In this document: positions 17,061 to 31,096 of the stretch, piece by piece
Position numbering within the stretch: the stretch's first letter is position 1
Layout of the letters: each line of letters begins with the position of its first letter
Origin: the human T2T-CHM13v2.0 reference genome, Homo sapiens
Assembly: GCF_009914755.1 (NCBI RefSeq)
Contig: NC_060926.1
Reading direction: 5' to 3' (one strand)
DNA: 64,000 bases
Translations under genes and position numbers: made by a program
Notes under the pieces: model-generated
Databases searched by the model: none
What the model saw: only the letters and a program-made list of their open reading frames with translations
Told to the model about the DNA's origin: nothing

Positions 17061-17354
17061 TTTTTTTTTGAGACAGAGTCGTTCCCTGTTGCCGATGCCC
17101 AGGCTGGAGTGCAGTGGTGTGATCTCCACTCACCACAGCCTCTGCCTCCATGGTTCAAGCGATTCTCATGCCTCAGCCTCCCGAGTAGCTGGGGACCACA
17201 GGTGTGCACCACCACACCCGGCCAATTTTTGTATTTTTAGTAGAGATGAGGGTTTCACCATGTTGTCCAGGCTGGTCTTGAACTCCTGGCCTCAGGTGAT
17301 TTACCCGCCTCAGCCTCCCAAAGTGCTGGGATTACAGGTGTGAGCCACCATGCC
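17061..17354 (-). mobile_element. Alu (AluS-like)
   Basis: Reverse Alu. Confidence 0.93.
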
Positions 17355-19471
17355 TTCTCAGGAAACTAATTTTTTCCTGGGTATTTTCAAGCTTCTATAA
17401 TGTGTTTAGGTGTGGGTGTTATTTGTATTTCCCTTTGTTGGCGCTCTGGGTTTTTCATTCTAGGAAATTTATTTCTGTTCTTTGTGCTAATATTTCCTCT
17501 CTCCCATTTCTTCTGTTTTTTATCCAAATGTTAGCATTTCTAAGCAATTCCTATATCTCTTAGCCTTTCTTTTATATTTTATATTTCATTTTCTTTATTC
17601 GTCCCTCCAGGAGATTTCTTTAGTCTGGTCTTCTAATTTTCTCATGAATTCCTACAATGTATCCATTCTGCTGTGTGTCCTGTCTATTGAGCCCTTTATT
17701 TCAGGAGTTTTATTTTTCCCTTCAAATATTTCTGGTTTTCTTTTCCAATTGTTGGTATCATCTTTCTAGCTTTGTTTTACTATTTCTACTTCTGTTAGGA
17801 TCTGTAATCTAGTATGTTACTATTCTTTTAAAGTCTCTTTACTCAAGTGTTGTGGTATGTTGGCCTGTGAGCTCATTTTCCCTGACTAACATTGGCTACC
17901 CAGCAGCGTGTGCTTGAGACAGCCCAGCTGATGCACTCCTCGCCAGCCCCAAGGGGTTCATGAAGGACAGGATTGAATGAACCCCGGGGAGGAGCACCCA
18001 AGCAATAAGAGCAACCATTCTTCACTCTGGAAAACGACTCAGTTTAGGGCTGTCAACAGCTCCTTTCTCATTTTACTGTCTCACTTCCCTGTGTTATGCC
18101 AAAAAAAGCGGTGTCCTGCCTTAAGCCAAAGTGCCACCCCTCACATGCAAGCTTACTCCTGGGTTCCTCATATTTTGCTCTGTGAGGTGGTGTTTTCCTT
18201 TATATGTACTCAAGTTAATCTTGGTGGAGGTAGCCAGTAACCAAGGAAGTTGAGCACTTTGGGAGGGTCTGGCACTGGAACCCCATTAACATATATATGT
18301 CTAGTATAATTCAGTCATTCGAAACGTCAAGAGTGGAGTTTCACTGGTGTTTAAGTGAAATGCATAATGATCTTATGTCTGTTGTTTCCAGCAGAAGGAC
18401 AGAAGATCCATAATGTAACAACGTCCTGACCAATACTGAGTGTATTTCTATTGGGGGATCCCCTGGGCACAGGGAGAAAACAGTCCATGAAAGGGATCCT
18501 CCATTCTTCTTCCCGTTGCCTTGCCCTTTGACACCTGCTTCTCTCCAGGCCACCTTTCTAAAGCCCAGCCTATGTCCCTTCCTCAGAGCACAGAACCCTG
18601 CAGGTCTTTAAGCTCGCAGTGCTTTCCATTCATGGACATTTTTATACCTTATTTTTGCCAAACACTGTGCCAGGCACAAATTTATCTTTAAAAGAAATTG
18701 TAATGAAGTAGGCATATAGAAAAGTGCATGAAACTTTTACCATTTAAAGTATAATTTTTATGCAAACACCTGTGTCACCACCAACCAGGTCAAGAAGGAG
18801 ATTTTGCTAGAAGGCCCCCACATTCCTGTGCTTGATTACGGCTCCATCTTTCCCTCGAGGAAATTGTCTTTGTGCCTCTTAGGATAATCAGTACCTTGTT
18901 TTGCCAGTCAGTAGGTGGGCAATCTTGGGCACATAGCTTAACCCTCTTGGAGTTTGATTCTTCTGTAAAATGGGGATGGATTCACTCCTCCAAAAGGCTG
19001 AATAGCTTCTGGCTGAAAGCACATATTCTGGTGCTAGTCTATCAGGTTCGAGTCCCAGTTCTCCTACTTACAAGCTATGTGATGTTTAGTGATTCACATT
19101 GCCTTTCCCGCACTTTCAATTTGTAGAATGAGATGAGAACAATACTGACGTCTTAGAGTTGCTCTGAAGAGCAAATGAGACAAAATATTGCGGGCACTTA
19201 AAATACCACCTGAGTCACGATAAATACTGTTTCAAAAAGATGCTGATTATTCTTTTCATAATGCTTTTGTGTATATGGAAGCATAGGAACTAGTGGAAGA
19301 TAACCTATGGAAATTACTATGAAAAATGATGTCTATTTATGGATAATTTTGTTTCAGGTTCCAAATTGGTAGCCACAAAGTTTCTGAGTTCCTTCAGCCT
19401 TCATCTACTCTTACCCCACATCTCTTCCTCATGAAGGAGCAAAAATTAGATTTTCTATAACTGAAGTGGCA

Positions 19472-20110
19472 TTTTTTAAGATAAAATTTATGTAACGTAA
19501 AATTCACCATCTTAACCATTTTAAAGCGTATTGTTCAGCAGTTTTCAGTATATTCACACAATTGTGCAACAATCACCATTATCTAGTTCCATAAAATTTT
19601 CATCACCCCAAAAGTTAACTCTTAGCCATCACTGTCCATTTCCCCTTCGCCCCAGCCCCTGGCAACCATAAATCTACCTTTTGTTTCTATGGATTTGCCC
19701 ATTCTGGACATTTTGCCTAAATTGGATCACATAATATGTGCTCTTTCGTGTCTGGCTTCAACTTAGCATAATATTTTAAAGGTTTATATTGCAGCATGTA
19801 CATTCCTTTTATGGTCAGATATTTCATTATATGGATATACCACATTTTGTTGATCCATTCATTAGTCGATGGACATTGGGTTGTTTCCGTGTTTGGCTAC
19901 TATGAATGATGCTGCTATGAACATCTGTGTGCAAGTTTTTGTGTGAACATATGTTTTCTGTTCTCTCGAGTATATATCTAGGAATGGAACTGTGAAGTCG
20001 TATGGTAACTGTTTAACGTTTTGAAGAGCTGCCAGGCTGTTTCCCACAGCAGCCGCACCGTTTTACGTTTCCACCAGCGATGAATGAGGGTTCCAGTTGC
20101 TCCACCATCG
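19472..20110 (-). mobile_element. L1MB-type 3' end
   Basis: aaaattcaccatcttaaccattttaaag...ctggcaaccataaatctac...gatggacattgggttgtttcc motifs. Confidence 0.85.
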
Positions 20111-21499
20111 CCGTACATTTTTGAGTCAAAAATAGCTTTCCAGCACTTGGCTCAGCATCTTACATCTGAAGCTGAATTACAGAGATGGGCATGTTTCATT
20201 GTAAAGTCTTGTCCAGCAGTCTCCTGGCAAAGGCAGTGCTTCATTCTAGAATGAAATGGCCATTTACAAAGTACCAAGTTGCAAAGGGCCCAATGGGAGA
20301 CTCCTTGGCCTTTGATGTATCTTGCCTAAGGGAGCCTGCTCTGCTGGGTAGCTTCAGGGCACTTGACGCCAGCCCCAGTCCATCATTCTGGGCTGGCTGC
20401 CTCGTACAGCTTCAACCAATGCTAGTTTCAATCCTTTGGGGGCTCCACATGAGCTGTTTTAGAGATAAATTTGGCTCCTGAGATTGTTAAAACCTGTATG
20501 TCTCTAAAGAGTAAGTAAAAAGGAATTCAAGGAAATGTAAAACATGCTTTAATATCTCATACCTGACTCTACTGAGGAATGTTAAAAAAGGAATTTCCCA
20601 TTTGGGACTTTCGGCTGAAGCCCTGTTTCTCTTGCTCTTTTATTACATCTTTTCTTCATTTGTAATTTATATAGGTTTCTGTTTGCAATTCAAGTTGAAT
20701 CTTTTATTTTAATGAGGATATGGAGTGAGACGATGTGATAATGAAAACAACGTGCATTTCAAGTATTTTGAAAAAACTTCCTTAGTTTCTGCAAGGTCAT
20801 CTTTGTGTTTCTTCTGCTTTATCAGCCTTAATGGTAATCTTTAAATGTTTCCAAACATGGGAAGTCCCAACAGCGGTCTTTTTTTTTTTTTCTTAAGAGT
20901 TGAATTGTCTCCCTTGAAAATGGGATTTTTTAATTGTAACCTGCCACATTCCCTATCACAGTAATGGGAACTTACTAAATAGGAAGCAATTTGAGCACTT
21001 AAATGTGCTGATGTGATGTTTCTTAATCACTTTAATGAGTTTCATACCACTAGAAATGGAATAGAAGTTTCAATGGAAATATAATTAAATAGAAAAGTCA
21101 TTTCCTGTACTTGTAATTTCCCCCTGATCATTTCTTTATTCACCTCCATAGAAAGGGTGCCCTACAGGTGTATAGTGATGTTATTATACAGACTTATTTG
21201 CATAATTCACTTAGATTATTAGAGCTGAAAACAATATAAAATGTAACATTTTATTACAAATCAAGTGTAGCAAGGCAATGTAAAACTTTAAAACGATGAT
21301 ATTTCTTTTTAAAGTCTGATTAACATTTACTAGTTTTACCTAATTTTTCTTGCATTGTTGATTTCTTGCCTAAATATAGATTTTTCTTTTAGTAATGCCT
21401 TTTCAATCTTGCCCGCTTAAAACAATTCTCGGGGGAAGCAATAACCTGAATCAATAAAAACGGCAAAAGATCTTTGGAAATAGTTGGTTCTCCTGTTTG

Positions 21500-21625
21500 A
21501 GATCAGGAGTAAACAAACTGTTTAGCTGGGAGCTTATCAAGCCATGCTAAAAGTGTCAGCTGACACAAAGTAAGACGCATTAGATTGGGGTTATCATACA
21601 ATGGGGTTTCCCCAAGACAAAACTC
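21500..21625 (+). repeat. 126-bp dispersed direct repeat, copy 1
   Basis: 116/126 identical, ungapped, to 23334-23459 (hand alignment). Confidence 0.92.
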
Positions 21626-21909
21626 TATACTATGCTATTTGCTGAGAAATGATCAGTACAAAAGAAAGTTTCATCATTCTTGCATTGTGATGCTAAAAGA
21701 AAAGGCCTTGTAAATGTGTTTAATTTGCTATTCGTTTACTTCATAAATTTAATGTATCACTTTGGAGAATCCAACAGACATTTTGGAAAAGGTGGCATTT
21801 TTCCTGACCTTAAGTGGGGAACTTGAGGTTTTTTACATTTCAACATAAAAGTAAAGGGGCTTGCTATCCATTTAGTTAATACAGTCCAACTGTATTTGCC
21901 TAAACTGCA

Positions 21910-22213
21910 TTTTTTAAATTTTTTATTTTTGAGACGAAGTCTCACTCTGTCGCCCATGCTGGAGTGCAATAGCACAATCTTGACTCGCTGCAACCTCCGC
22001 CTCCTGGGTTCAAACGATTCTCCTGTCTCAGTCTCCCGAGTTATGGGGACCACAGGCATGTGCCACCATGCCTGGCTAATTGTTTTATTTTTTGTAGAGA
22101 CAGGGGTCTCGCTATGTTACCCAGACTGGCCTTGAACTCCCGAGCTCAAGCAACCCTCCCACCTCGGCGCCTCAAAGTACTGGGATTACAGGTGTGAACC
22201 ACCCTTCCCGGCC
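21910..22213 (-). mobile_element. Alu (AluJ-like)
   Basis: Reverse Alu; TSD TAMACTGCATTTT. Confidence 0.92.
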
Positions 22214-22905
22214 CTTACACTGCATTTTAGGGTAAATATTTTTAGGTTTGTAGTTAGGCAAGTGGTTTGAAGCATCATCAGTCTCAACCTAAAGCTGCTC
22301 TTTCCTTATGTTTTTAGATATCAAGGCTTTAAGCAAGATTCAGATGAAGGGCCTGCTTTACCAGCTCACCTATGAATATGGAAGCATCAGCTTACTTTTT
22401 GCAGCACATGTGTCTCAGGGGGTTGTCCCTTCCCACAGTGTGTAGATTGGCATCGAGATGACGTTCTCTCTCCAGGGTGCAGTGATGACCGACATATGTG
22501 AGACAGTCGTTTAATATCACCTTTATTTTGTACTTTCTGTGATTTTTAAAAAACATACAGAGCAGCTCTCTTGGTGACTATTGGGCTGATAAAGCTTAAA
22601 GATCAGTAATAAATAGAAGTCCAGGGGCTGGGTCTGTATTTCGCTAAGGAAACCTCATCTGAGCTTCATGCCCTGTAAAATTAAGCTCTAAAACCTCCCC
22701 TAAATGAGATAGCTAAATGTCAAAGCATTTTATAAACTGTAAATCAATTCAAATGGGAGTTAGTATTTTTTTTTTTCAAATGAACATGAGGAAGTATCTT
22801 TCTGTATTTAGTTTTAATATTCTTTGCCAGGTGTTTATTGAAATACCTTCTTTCATTGTACATTAGTATATTTAAAAAGTGCTTTGCATGTCTTGTTTAT
22901 TATGA

Positions 22906-23280
<375 letters not shown>

Positions 23281-23333
23281 TAATCCCAAAGTTTGTTTCC
23301 TCAATGTTAAATTGAAAAAGAAATGACCTTTAC

Positions 23334-23459
23334 AGATCAGGAGTAAACAAACTGTTTAGCTGGGAGTTTATCAAGCCATGCCAAAAGTGTCAGCTGACCC
23401 AAAGTAAGACATGTTAGATGGGGGTTATCATACCATGGGGTTTCCCTAAGATAAAACTC
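23334..23459 (+). repeat. 126-bp dispersed direct repeat, copy 2
   Basis: 116/126 identical to 21500-21625; abuts the FN1 3' end. Confidence 0.92.
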
Positions 23460-23502
23460 CTCCATATTATACTATTCAAATACTTTTAATATCTTAGTCA
23501 TT

Positions 23503-23508
23503 TTTATT
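23503..23508 (-). terminator. FN1 distal polyadenylation signal
   Basis: TTTATT on + = AATAAA on -; a second hexamer lies at 23539-23544. Confidence 0.7.
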
Positions 23509-23908
23509 TCCCTTGCAGGCAATCTCTTTGAACAGAGGTTTATTCAATGAAGGAAAGGTGGAGGGAAGAAGGGAAGAATTACAATGGTTAGAAAAGAGCA
23601 ACTAAAGATTATTTCTATTATACTTCTGAACGGTAAACTAGCAATTTTAGTAAATATTTGGGTCCACTTAAATCTATTAAAGCAGAAAGTGTAAAGCTAT
23701 CTCCATTAGTGAAGAGATGAAGTGACAAAAACCAATCAGTTTTTGTAGCAACTGATTTAGAAAATCTTGTACTGAAATCAACAATTAGACTTGCACATCA
23801 TAGATTTTCAAATGTTTGCTGAATTGAAAAAGAATATTCACAGGAATTATTTCCCCCGAAGGTGTCTTATATCAAATAGATGAACTTCAAGTTGTGGAAT
23901 GTAAATCT

Positions 23909-23914
23909 TTTATT
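23909..23914 (-). terminator. FN1 proximal polyadenylation signal
   Basis: AATAAA on - strand ~670 nt after the stop codon. Confidence 0.8.
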
Positions 23915-24584
23915 AAAACAGTTGTCTTTCCACAGTAGTAAAGCTTTGGCACATACAGTATAAAAAATAATCACCCACCATAATTATACCAAATTCCTCT
24001 TATCAACTGCATACTAAGTGTTTTCAATACAATTTTTTCCGTATAAAAATACTGGGAAAAATTGATAAATAACAGGTAAGAGAAAGATATTTCTAGGCAA
24101 TTACTAGGATCATTTGGAAAAAGTGAGTACTGTGGATATTTAAAATATCACAGTAACAAGATCATGCTTGTTCCTACAGTATTGCGGGCCAGACACTTAA
24201 GTGAAAGCAGAAGTGTTTGGGTGACTTTCCTACTTAAAATTTTGGTCATATCATTTCAAAACATTTGCATCTTGGTTGGCTGCATATGCTTTCCTATTGA
24301 TCCCAAACCAAATCTTAGAATCACTTCATTTAAAATACTGAGCGGTATTGAATACTTCGAAGCAGAACAGGCAATGTGCAGCCCTCATTTATGAGAAAAC
24401 CCTCAGGAAACTCCCAGGGTGATGCTTGGAGAAGCTGTGAGTTGAGCTGAAGCTGGAGAACTTCCTCCAGAGCAAAGGGCTTAAGAAAGAAAGAAGAACT
24501 CTAAGCTGGGTCTGCTAACATCACTCCAGTTTAGATGGATCTTGGCAGAGAGACATGCTTGTTCCTCTGGATTGGAAAGATGAT

Positions 24585-24656
24585 TTACTCTCGGGAATCT
24601 TCTCTGTCAGCCTGTACATCTAAAGGCATGAAGCACTCAATTGGGCAATTAACATT
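24585..24656 (-). CDS. FN1: FN1 exon 46, terminal coding part (interchain disulfide cysteines)
   Basis: cag|AAT...GAG TAA; NVNCPIECFMPLDVQADREDSRE*. Confidence 0.98.
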   Translation of the reverse strand, partial: NVNCPIECFMPLDVQADREDSRE

Positions 24657-24911
24657 CTGTTAAAAAGGAAGAAGGAAAAAAAAATTAGTGGCAAATACTG
24701 TAAAGTGTACAGAAAAAAAAATGCGGGGAGGTGGGGACTCATGACAGCTGCTTATAGATAGGATAATATTTCTTCCTAGTTTCAAGAACCTAGCAGCATA
24801 CTGGGCAATAGGAGATGTTCAAGAGTTACATAAATTATAACTTAAACTATATTATGGAATACAGTGTTTCACTTAAGTCATTTATGAGTTGTTTTTTTTT
24901 TTAATTAATTA

Positions 24912-25142
<231 letters not shown>

Positions 25143-25469
25143 TTATGATAACCTGAGGACATCGTAATTTAGTGTTTGAGTTAAAGAAAAATGTCACATC
25201 ATATGCACTGGCAAAATATAAGCAGTTAATCACTAAGCAAGCTTTGATGATGATTTCATGCATTTATAACTCTTAATACATTTTGGCTTATTACCATATC
25301 TTATACCTACATCTGTCTCTCTATGTTGTTTCTTTCTCCTGAAATGTCTCTTCTCTTCCTATTCAAACCTTGCCCATCTGCTGAGGCTCATTCCAATCCC
25401 AACTTCCTCAACAAGTTCTCTGCACTAGATGATAGAAAAGGTTTTCAAAGAATCCTAGCGATTTTAAAA

Positions 25470-25590
25470 GGGACTTGAGATCACATGAAGAAACGTTCTC
25501 ATTTTATAGGTAAGGAAACAGAGACCCAGAGGAGAGGAGTGACTTGCTTAGAGGGAGCAGGGAAGTCACACAGTGGACCACTGGTGGAGT
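25470..25590 (+). mobile_element. MIR fragment
   Basis: cattttataggtaaggaaacagagacccagagg...gtgacttgc core. Confidence 0.7.
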
Positions 25591-26407
25591 TGGGCCTGCC
25601 GCCCAGGAGGTGGGGTGACCTGGCCATGTTCTTTCTAATGCACCACTTTGCCACTCTCTTCCTAAACTTCCCTAGGCAGTGACATGGTAGCCTGTCACCT
25701 GGCCGGAGATGGCATGGGAGATGGAAACGGGACCAAGCTGAGCCAGTGAGGCTCCTGCCTGAAGTTTTTACTGGAAATGGGAGGACACACATGTTCTCTT
25801 TCACTACTGTTCTTAAGCTGGCAGGGGGTAAAGCAAGCTCATGGAGGTCAGTCATCAATGGCACCATCAGCAGAGACCCCGCTGAAGCACGAAGCCAGTG
25901 CATGGGAAGGCACGCGGAGCAAGAGGGAGTCCGGGCGCCATTGCTGGAGCAGCCCCTGAAGCCGGTGGGTCCTGGGACTGTTCCATTGTGTGGGCCATTT
26001 TTGCTTGAGTTGGACTTTTTTCTTACAACTAAAATGCAGCCCTAAATAATACAGTCACTTTCTTTTTTATATTAGAATTTAAATATTTTAGACATATTTC
26101 TCTGTTTAAGCACATATGCCCCTTAATACCTAACACAATACCAGTGACTACCTCCTTACAGAATCACTGAATCTTGCTTTCATATGAGAAAGTGAACAGT
26201 TTCCACTCCTGTCTTAAATGTTTCATTTAGCACTTGAGAATAGAATAAGTGTCGCACATGAAAGGTTTCATGTGCATAAATAATGAGAAGATGCTGAAGT
26301 GAGACCAAAATCAACTTCCCAGCAAATTCATTCTCCATCACACAATTTCATACCAGAATGACTGAGTTCTAAGGTCATACAATCACAGTCGTTGTAAGTG
26401 TTAATGG

Positions 26408-26437
26408 GAGAGAGAGAGAGAGAGAGACAGAGAGAGA
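26408..26437. repeat. (AG)n microsatellite
   Basis: Interrupted GA repeat. Confidence 0.9.
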
Positions 26438-27873
26438 TACTGAATTCAATCTAAATTCCAATCTCCAATTCTCCTCCATCAGAATTGGGAGCACCTCCCT
26501 CCCCATGTAATCACTGGGGGTGAAACAAGATCATAGTAGTTTCCATGGGCTGCCCCTGGTGGAGCCAAGACAGGCCCCTGAACACCCCTGCTGCCAGATT
26601 AATTTTCCCAAAGACTATTTTCCATCATGTTTCTTTGCATCTTGGATACCTGTAATTGGTTAATGCATTTGGCATTAACCAATGAGTCTCACCCTTGAGT
26701 GTGAAGCATGCCCCTCACCCACCAGGATTTGGGGAGTTGCTGGGAGGGCATGTCTTCGTTGAAAACAAAGGGCTGTCACATTCCATTGCTTTTGAGTTAC
26801 ACATAATTTCATTTTGAAATTTGAAATCATATTAGAGAAAGGCTTATTATTTTTTGTTATACTGGGCATATTTTAGAAATGGTTGAGAAGTACTGGCTTA
26901 AATAATGGGTTGCCAAGGCCCTCCATAAGCCACTTCTTCCCATCTATTTTCTTACCAGAAGACAGCAGGCAGAGGGTTGGCTCACCAAAGCCCACCTGGG
27001 CCAGCTCCTTTCTATCCCAGGGGGTGTGTCTCTCTGCTTTCTCCCCTCCCAACTAAACCTTAGTCATCGTAAACCTCAGCCAGTTCATGCTTCTCTTTCT
27101 TGCTAATTCCAGCCTACCCAGAACTGTATTTGTCAGACCCACTTAGAACTTAATTAGCTTGACTTTGAAATGTATGCTAATTTAACATCTTCAACTATAT
27201 CATTAAGAGCCAAGCCATTTCTCATTTCCTCTGTTTTTCCTATACTACTTAGCACAGTGCTAGACCTATAACAAGCATCTGTTCTGAATCAAGAGAGAGG
27301 TTAAAAGAAGTGGCATTTTCTTACATCTGAGATATTATTCAAAATATTTAACAACGTTGCCATGGGGACACCTGTCCATCAGAATGGAGTTGGAGGCCTA
27401 GAGCTACACTGCACTTAACACTTTGCTGAAAAATAGAAGCAGCCTGAGAATAGTAGGGGAGGGGAGGGTCTCAGGCTGCCCAGGATGGGGAGAACCGGCT
27501 GAAATGAAACACATTCTATTTACCACTAATTAATTTGAATAGTATCTCTGCTTCACTATTTTTCAGTGTAAATAGTATCTCTGACATGCTAGGGAGCTTA
27601 GGAAAATGATTCTAACATCATATAAATGACAGGTGTTGCTATTAAGAATGACTCAAGACTTGTGTTTTTGGTACTCTACATGCCATTCATTCATTCTTTC
27701 TACTAAGAGTAATAGAAAGAATGAATGGCATGTAAGGTAGACATAGAGCTGCTCTAGAGCTCTATGTCAGCAGTTGTATGCCAACAGGAAATGTGGTATT
27801 TTAATACTTCCGAAGGGTCTCTGCCCCTCCTGTGTGTACGACACATCCTTGCAGGAGCCCACCCTTTATCTTA

Positions 27874-28110
<237 letters not shown>

Positions 28111-28473
28111 TCATCACAGCGCAAACACCACATATTTATGTGAATCATCCCTAAGAGTAGTACTGCTATACAGATCTTAGGGTGGCACTTCCAAAAATTA
28201 GACCTAATACACTGGAAAGGGTCCAACGGGAAGATGGAAATCATATTTTAAAAGTTGAATCTACAGACCAATAAAGCTTCTTTGTAGCATTTTACTGCAG
28301 ATAATGGTCAAAATACTCAGGTTGGACAAGTGCTAAAGTGTCCTGTAATAACATTAAATCATGACTCATTTTTGAAGCTTGTCTCCACCTTCCCAAATCA
28401 AAAGATTAAGAAACCCACTGTTCACTCCTCAAGGAGACCTAAAGTCTCCAATCATTTCTGTGAATGAGAGTTA

Positions 28474-28740
<267 letters not shown>

Positions 28741-28812
28741 TCACAGGGTCTTCAGAACCATGATCTGGAAAAATAGCAAGTTAAAGATAAAAACCCCTAT
28801 AATGGGCCATTT

Positions 28813-29149
28813 ATTTTATTTATTTATTTACTTTTTATTTTATTTTTTTTTTTTGAGACAAAGTCTTTCTCTGTCGCCCAGACTGGAGTGAAGTGGTGCA
28901 ATCTCGGCTCACTGTAACCTCCATCTCCTGGGTTCATGCAGTTATCCTGCCTCAGCCTCCTGAGTAGCTGGGATTACAGGCACTCCCCACAGTGCTATTT
29001 TTTTTTTTTTTTTTTTTTTTTGTATTTTTTGTAGAGATGGGGTTTTACCATGTTGGGTAGGCTGGTCTCAAACTCGTGAGCTCAGGTGATCCACCCGCCT
29101 CAGCCTCCAAAAGTGCTGGGATTACAGGTGTGAGCCACCACACCTGGCC
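28813..29149 (-). mobile_element. Alu (AluS-like) with expanded middle A-tract
   Basis: TSD AATGGGCCATTT at 28801-28812 and 29150-29161. Confidence 0.94.
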
Positions 29150-30889
29150 AATGGGCCATTTCTTTGGTTGAATTTTAAAATATTATTTTTTATCATTTAC
29201 CATTTTCTAGGGCATTTTAAGACCCAATTTATTCTGCCACAATCATGTCATCAGAATAGTCAAATGAAATGACTTTCATTTGAATTCTCACTATTAAGAT
29301 TTAAAATTGTGGAAAACTAAAGTGGGATTGGAGTAGACTGTTAGGAATAGATCCTAGATGAAAAATCACTTTTGGATTTGCAGAAACCCTGGATACAAAG
29401 TAGTTCAATTAACCATAAAACAAGGATCAGCTGATCTCTACACGCCACCACCTGTTTCATGTACATGGGAAGAGTAAAAAATGAACCCGGATAAAATAAA
29501 ACAAAAGCAAACAAAATGCTAAATCATTGGTTATTATCCACATCAAATAAGTCTGGTTCTGTGGAATATCTAAAAGTCACAGTTTTATGCCTTTAACTAC
29601 TATACATAAGGGATGACTTTTTAACCTCCAGGGCTTATACAACAAAACACACCTCAGAAGCTTATATAACAATATACTACTTTTTCCATTTTATCAACAA
29701 TTCAGCCTGCCTTAAGCTACAAAGTAAAATAATTAGACAACTGTGATATCAAAACAAAGATTATGTAAGTTGAGCCAAAGAGTCACATAAATGAACTTGA
29801 CATCCCCGCTCCCACAATTGCACCTAAGTGCTCAAACAGGTAATAAACATACAAACTTAAACGTAGTTCGATTTCAGGAGTTAAAAACCATCTACTTGAA
29901 GTCAAATATTAAAATTTCCAGCTCCTAAACAGCATGTGATGTTTTTAGTGTTTTTCATTTTCAGATGGTCAAACATGGAAGTCTATATTGAAAACACTGG
30001 CTGGCTTTTACAACTTCAGTCTGGATTAAATGATTTCAAGTATACAAGTTAAGTAAAATACTTTGAAAATCTCTTTTACCAAGTCTTATATTCTAATTCC
30101 ACAGGATATGATTTCTGTATGTCTATAGGAGGCTTATTTATAGGCATAACGGTCAACACCTATAAAAATGAACCAATTGTCAATAATCATCACATCTCCT
30201 AAACACAAAGAATAAATGAAAGGTTTATAAATTCTAATCCTAATCTCAAAGCATAATAGATATTTCCTAGGCACATTTTAACTTAAAAAATTTGAAAATT
30301 AAAACGTATTAGAATTTGAAAATCAAACATTTATCAATTCAAGTTGATTTTTAATGATCTAAAAGCAGATTATCTGTTTTTTCTTTCATATTTCTAGCAA
30401 CGTTCAAGCTACCTGGGCTATGTGTGTGACGCAAAAGTGTGTGCATGGGTACTATGATATGTGCATGTTTGGTTTATGTTGAAGGAGGCTGTTTTTGAGT
30501 CTAAATGTTCACCTCTGATCTCATTCAACACTGAAGATTAAAAGAGATTTGAGGTTTTTCTGTGTCTCTAATACTCTTAAATAGACCTGGTTCCAAAAGT
30601 CTTTATCCATTTGTTTTCACAGAAAATTTCAAAAATCAAATTAGCACCATAATCTTATGTGTAATTAATAGTTGTATTGGCATACAACCCTTGAAATGAA
30701 GCAATGTCCAACAAGTAAAATTTCCCATCATTTTTCTATGATGCAAAATATTACTTCGAGTCAAACAGTATTCTCTTGTTTGCTTCATGTTTGGAAGAAC
30801 CTGTGTCTTCCAAACATGCTTCCTTGGCACATGAGTGCATGCATGGAACTTGAGGAGACAAACATGGAAGTGGATGGACAAAGCAACTA

Positions 30890-31096
<207 letters not shown>

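Larger units (their letters stand above)
23470..24584 (-). other. FN1: FN1 3' UTR (tandem poly(A) sites; lower boundary approximate)
   Basis: Repeat-free AT-rich region after the TAA; miR-200bc/429 seed matches at 24048-24054 and 24334-24340, miR-1/206 8mer at 23895-23902. Confidence 0.85.

Noticed and set aside
19862-20047. ORF resembling the L1 ORF2 C-terminus (KTCTQMFIAA); similar at 5949-6149
   Set aside because: Decayed L1M fragments with no intact ORF2.
25499-25903. 134-aa minus-strand ORF in FN1 intron 44
   Set aside because: No recognisable domain, overlaps a MIR, and length is within chance for this GC content.
25930-26570. CTCF-like words CCAGCAATGGCGC and CCACCAGGGGCAG on the minus strand
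   Set aside because: Each is one base short of the core motif spacing.
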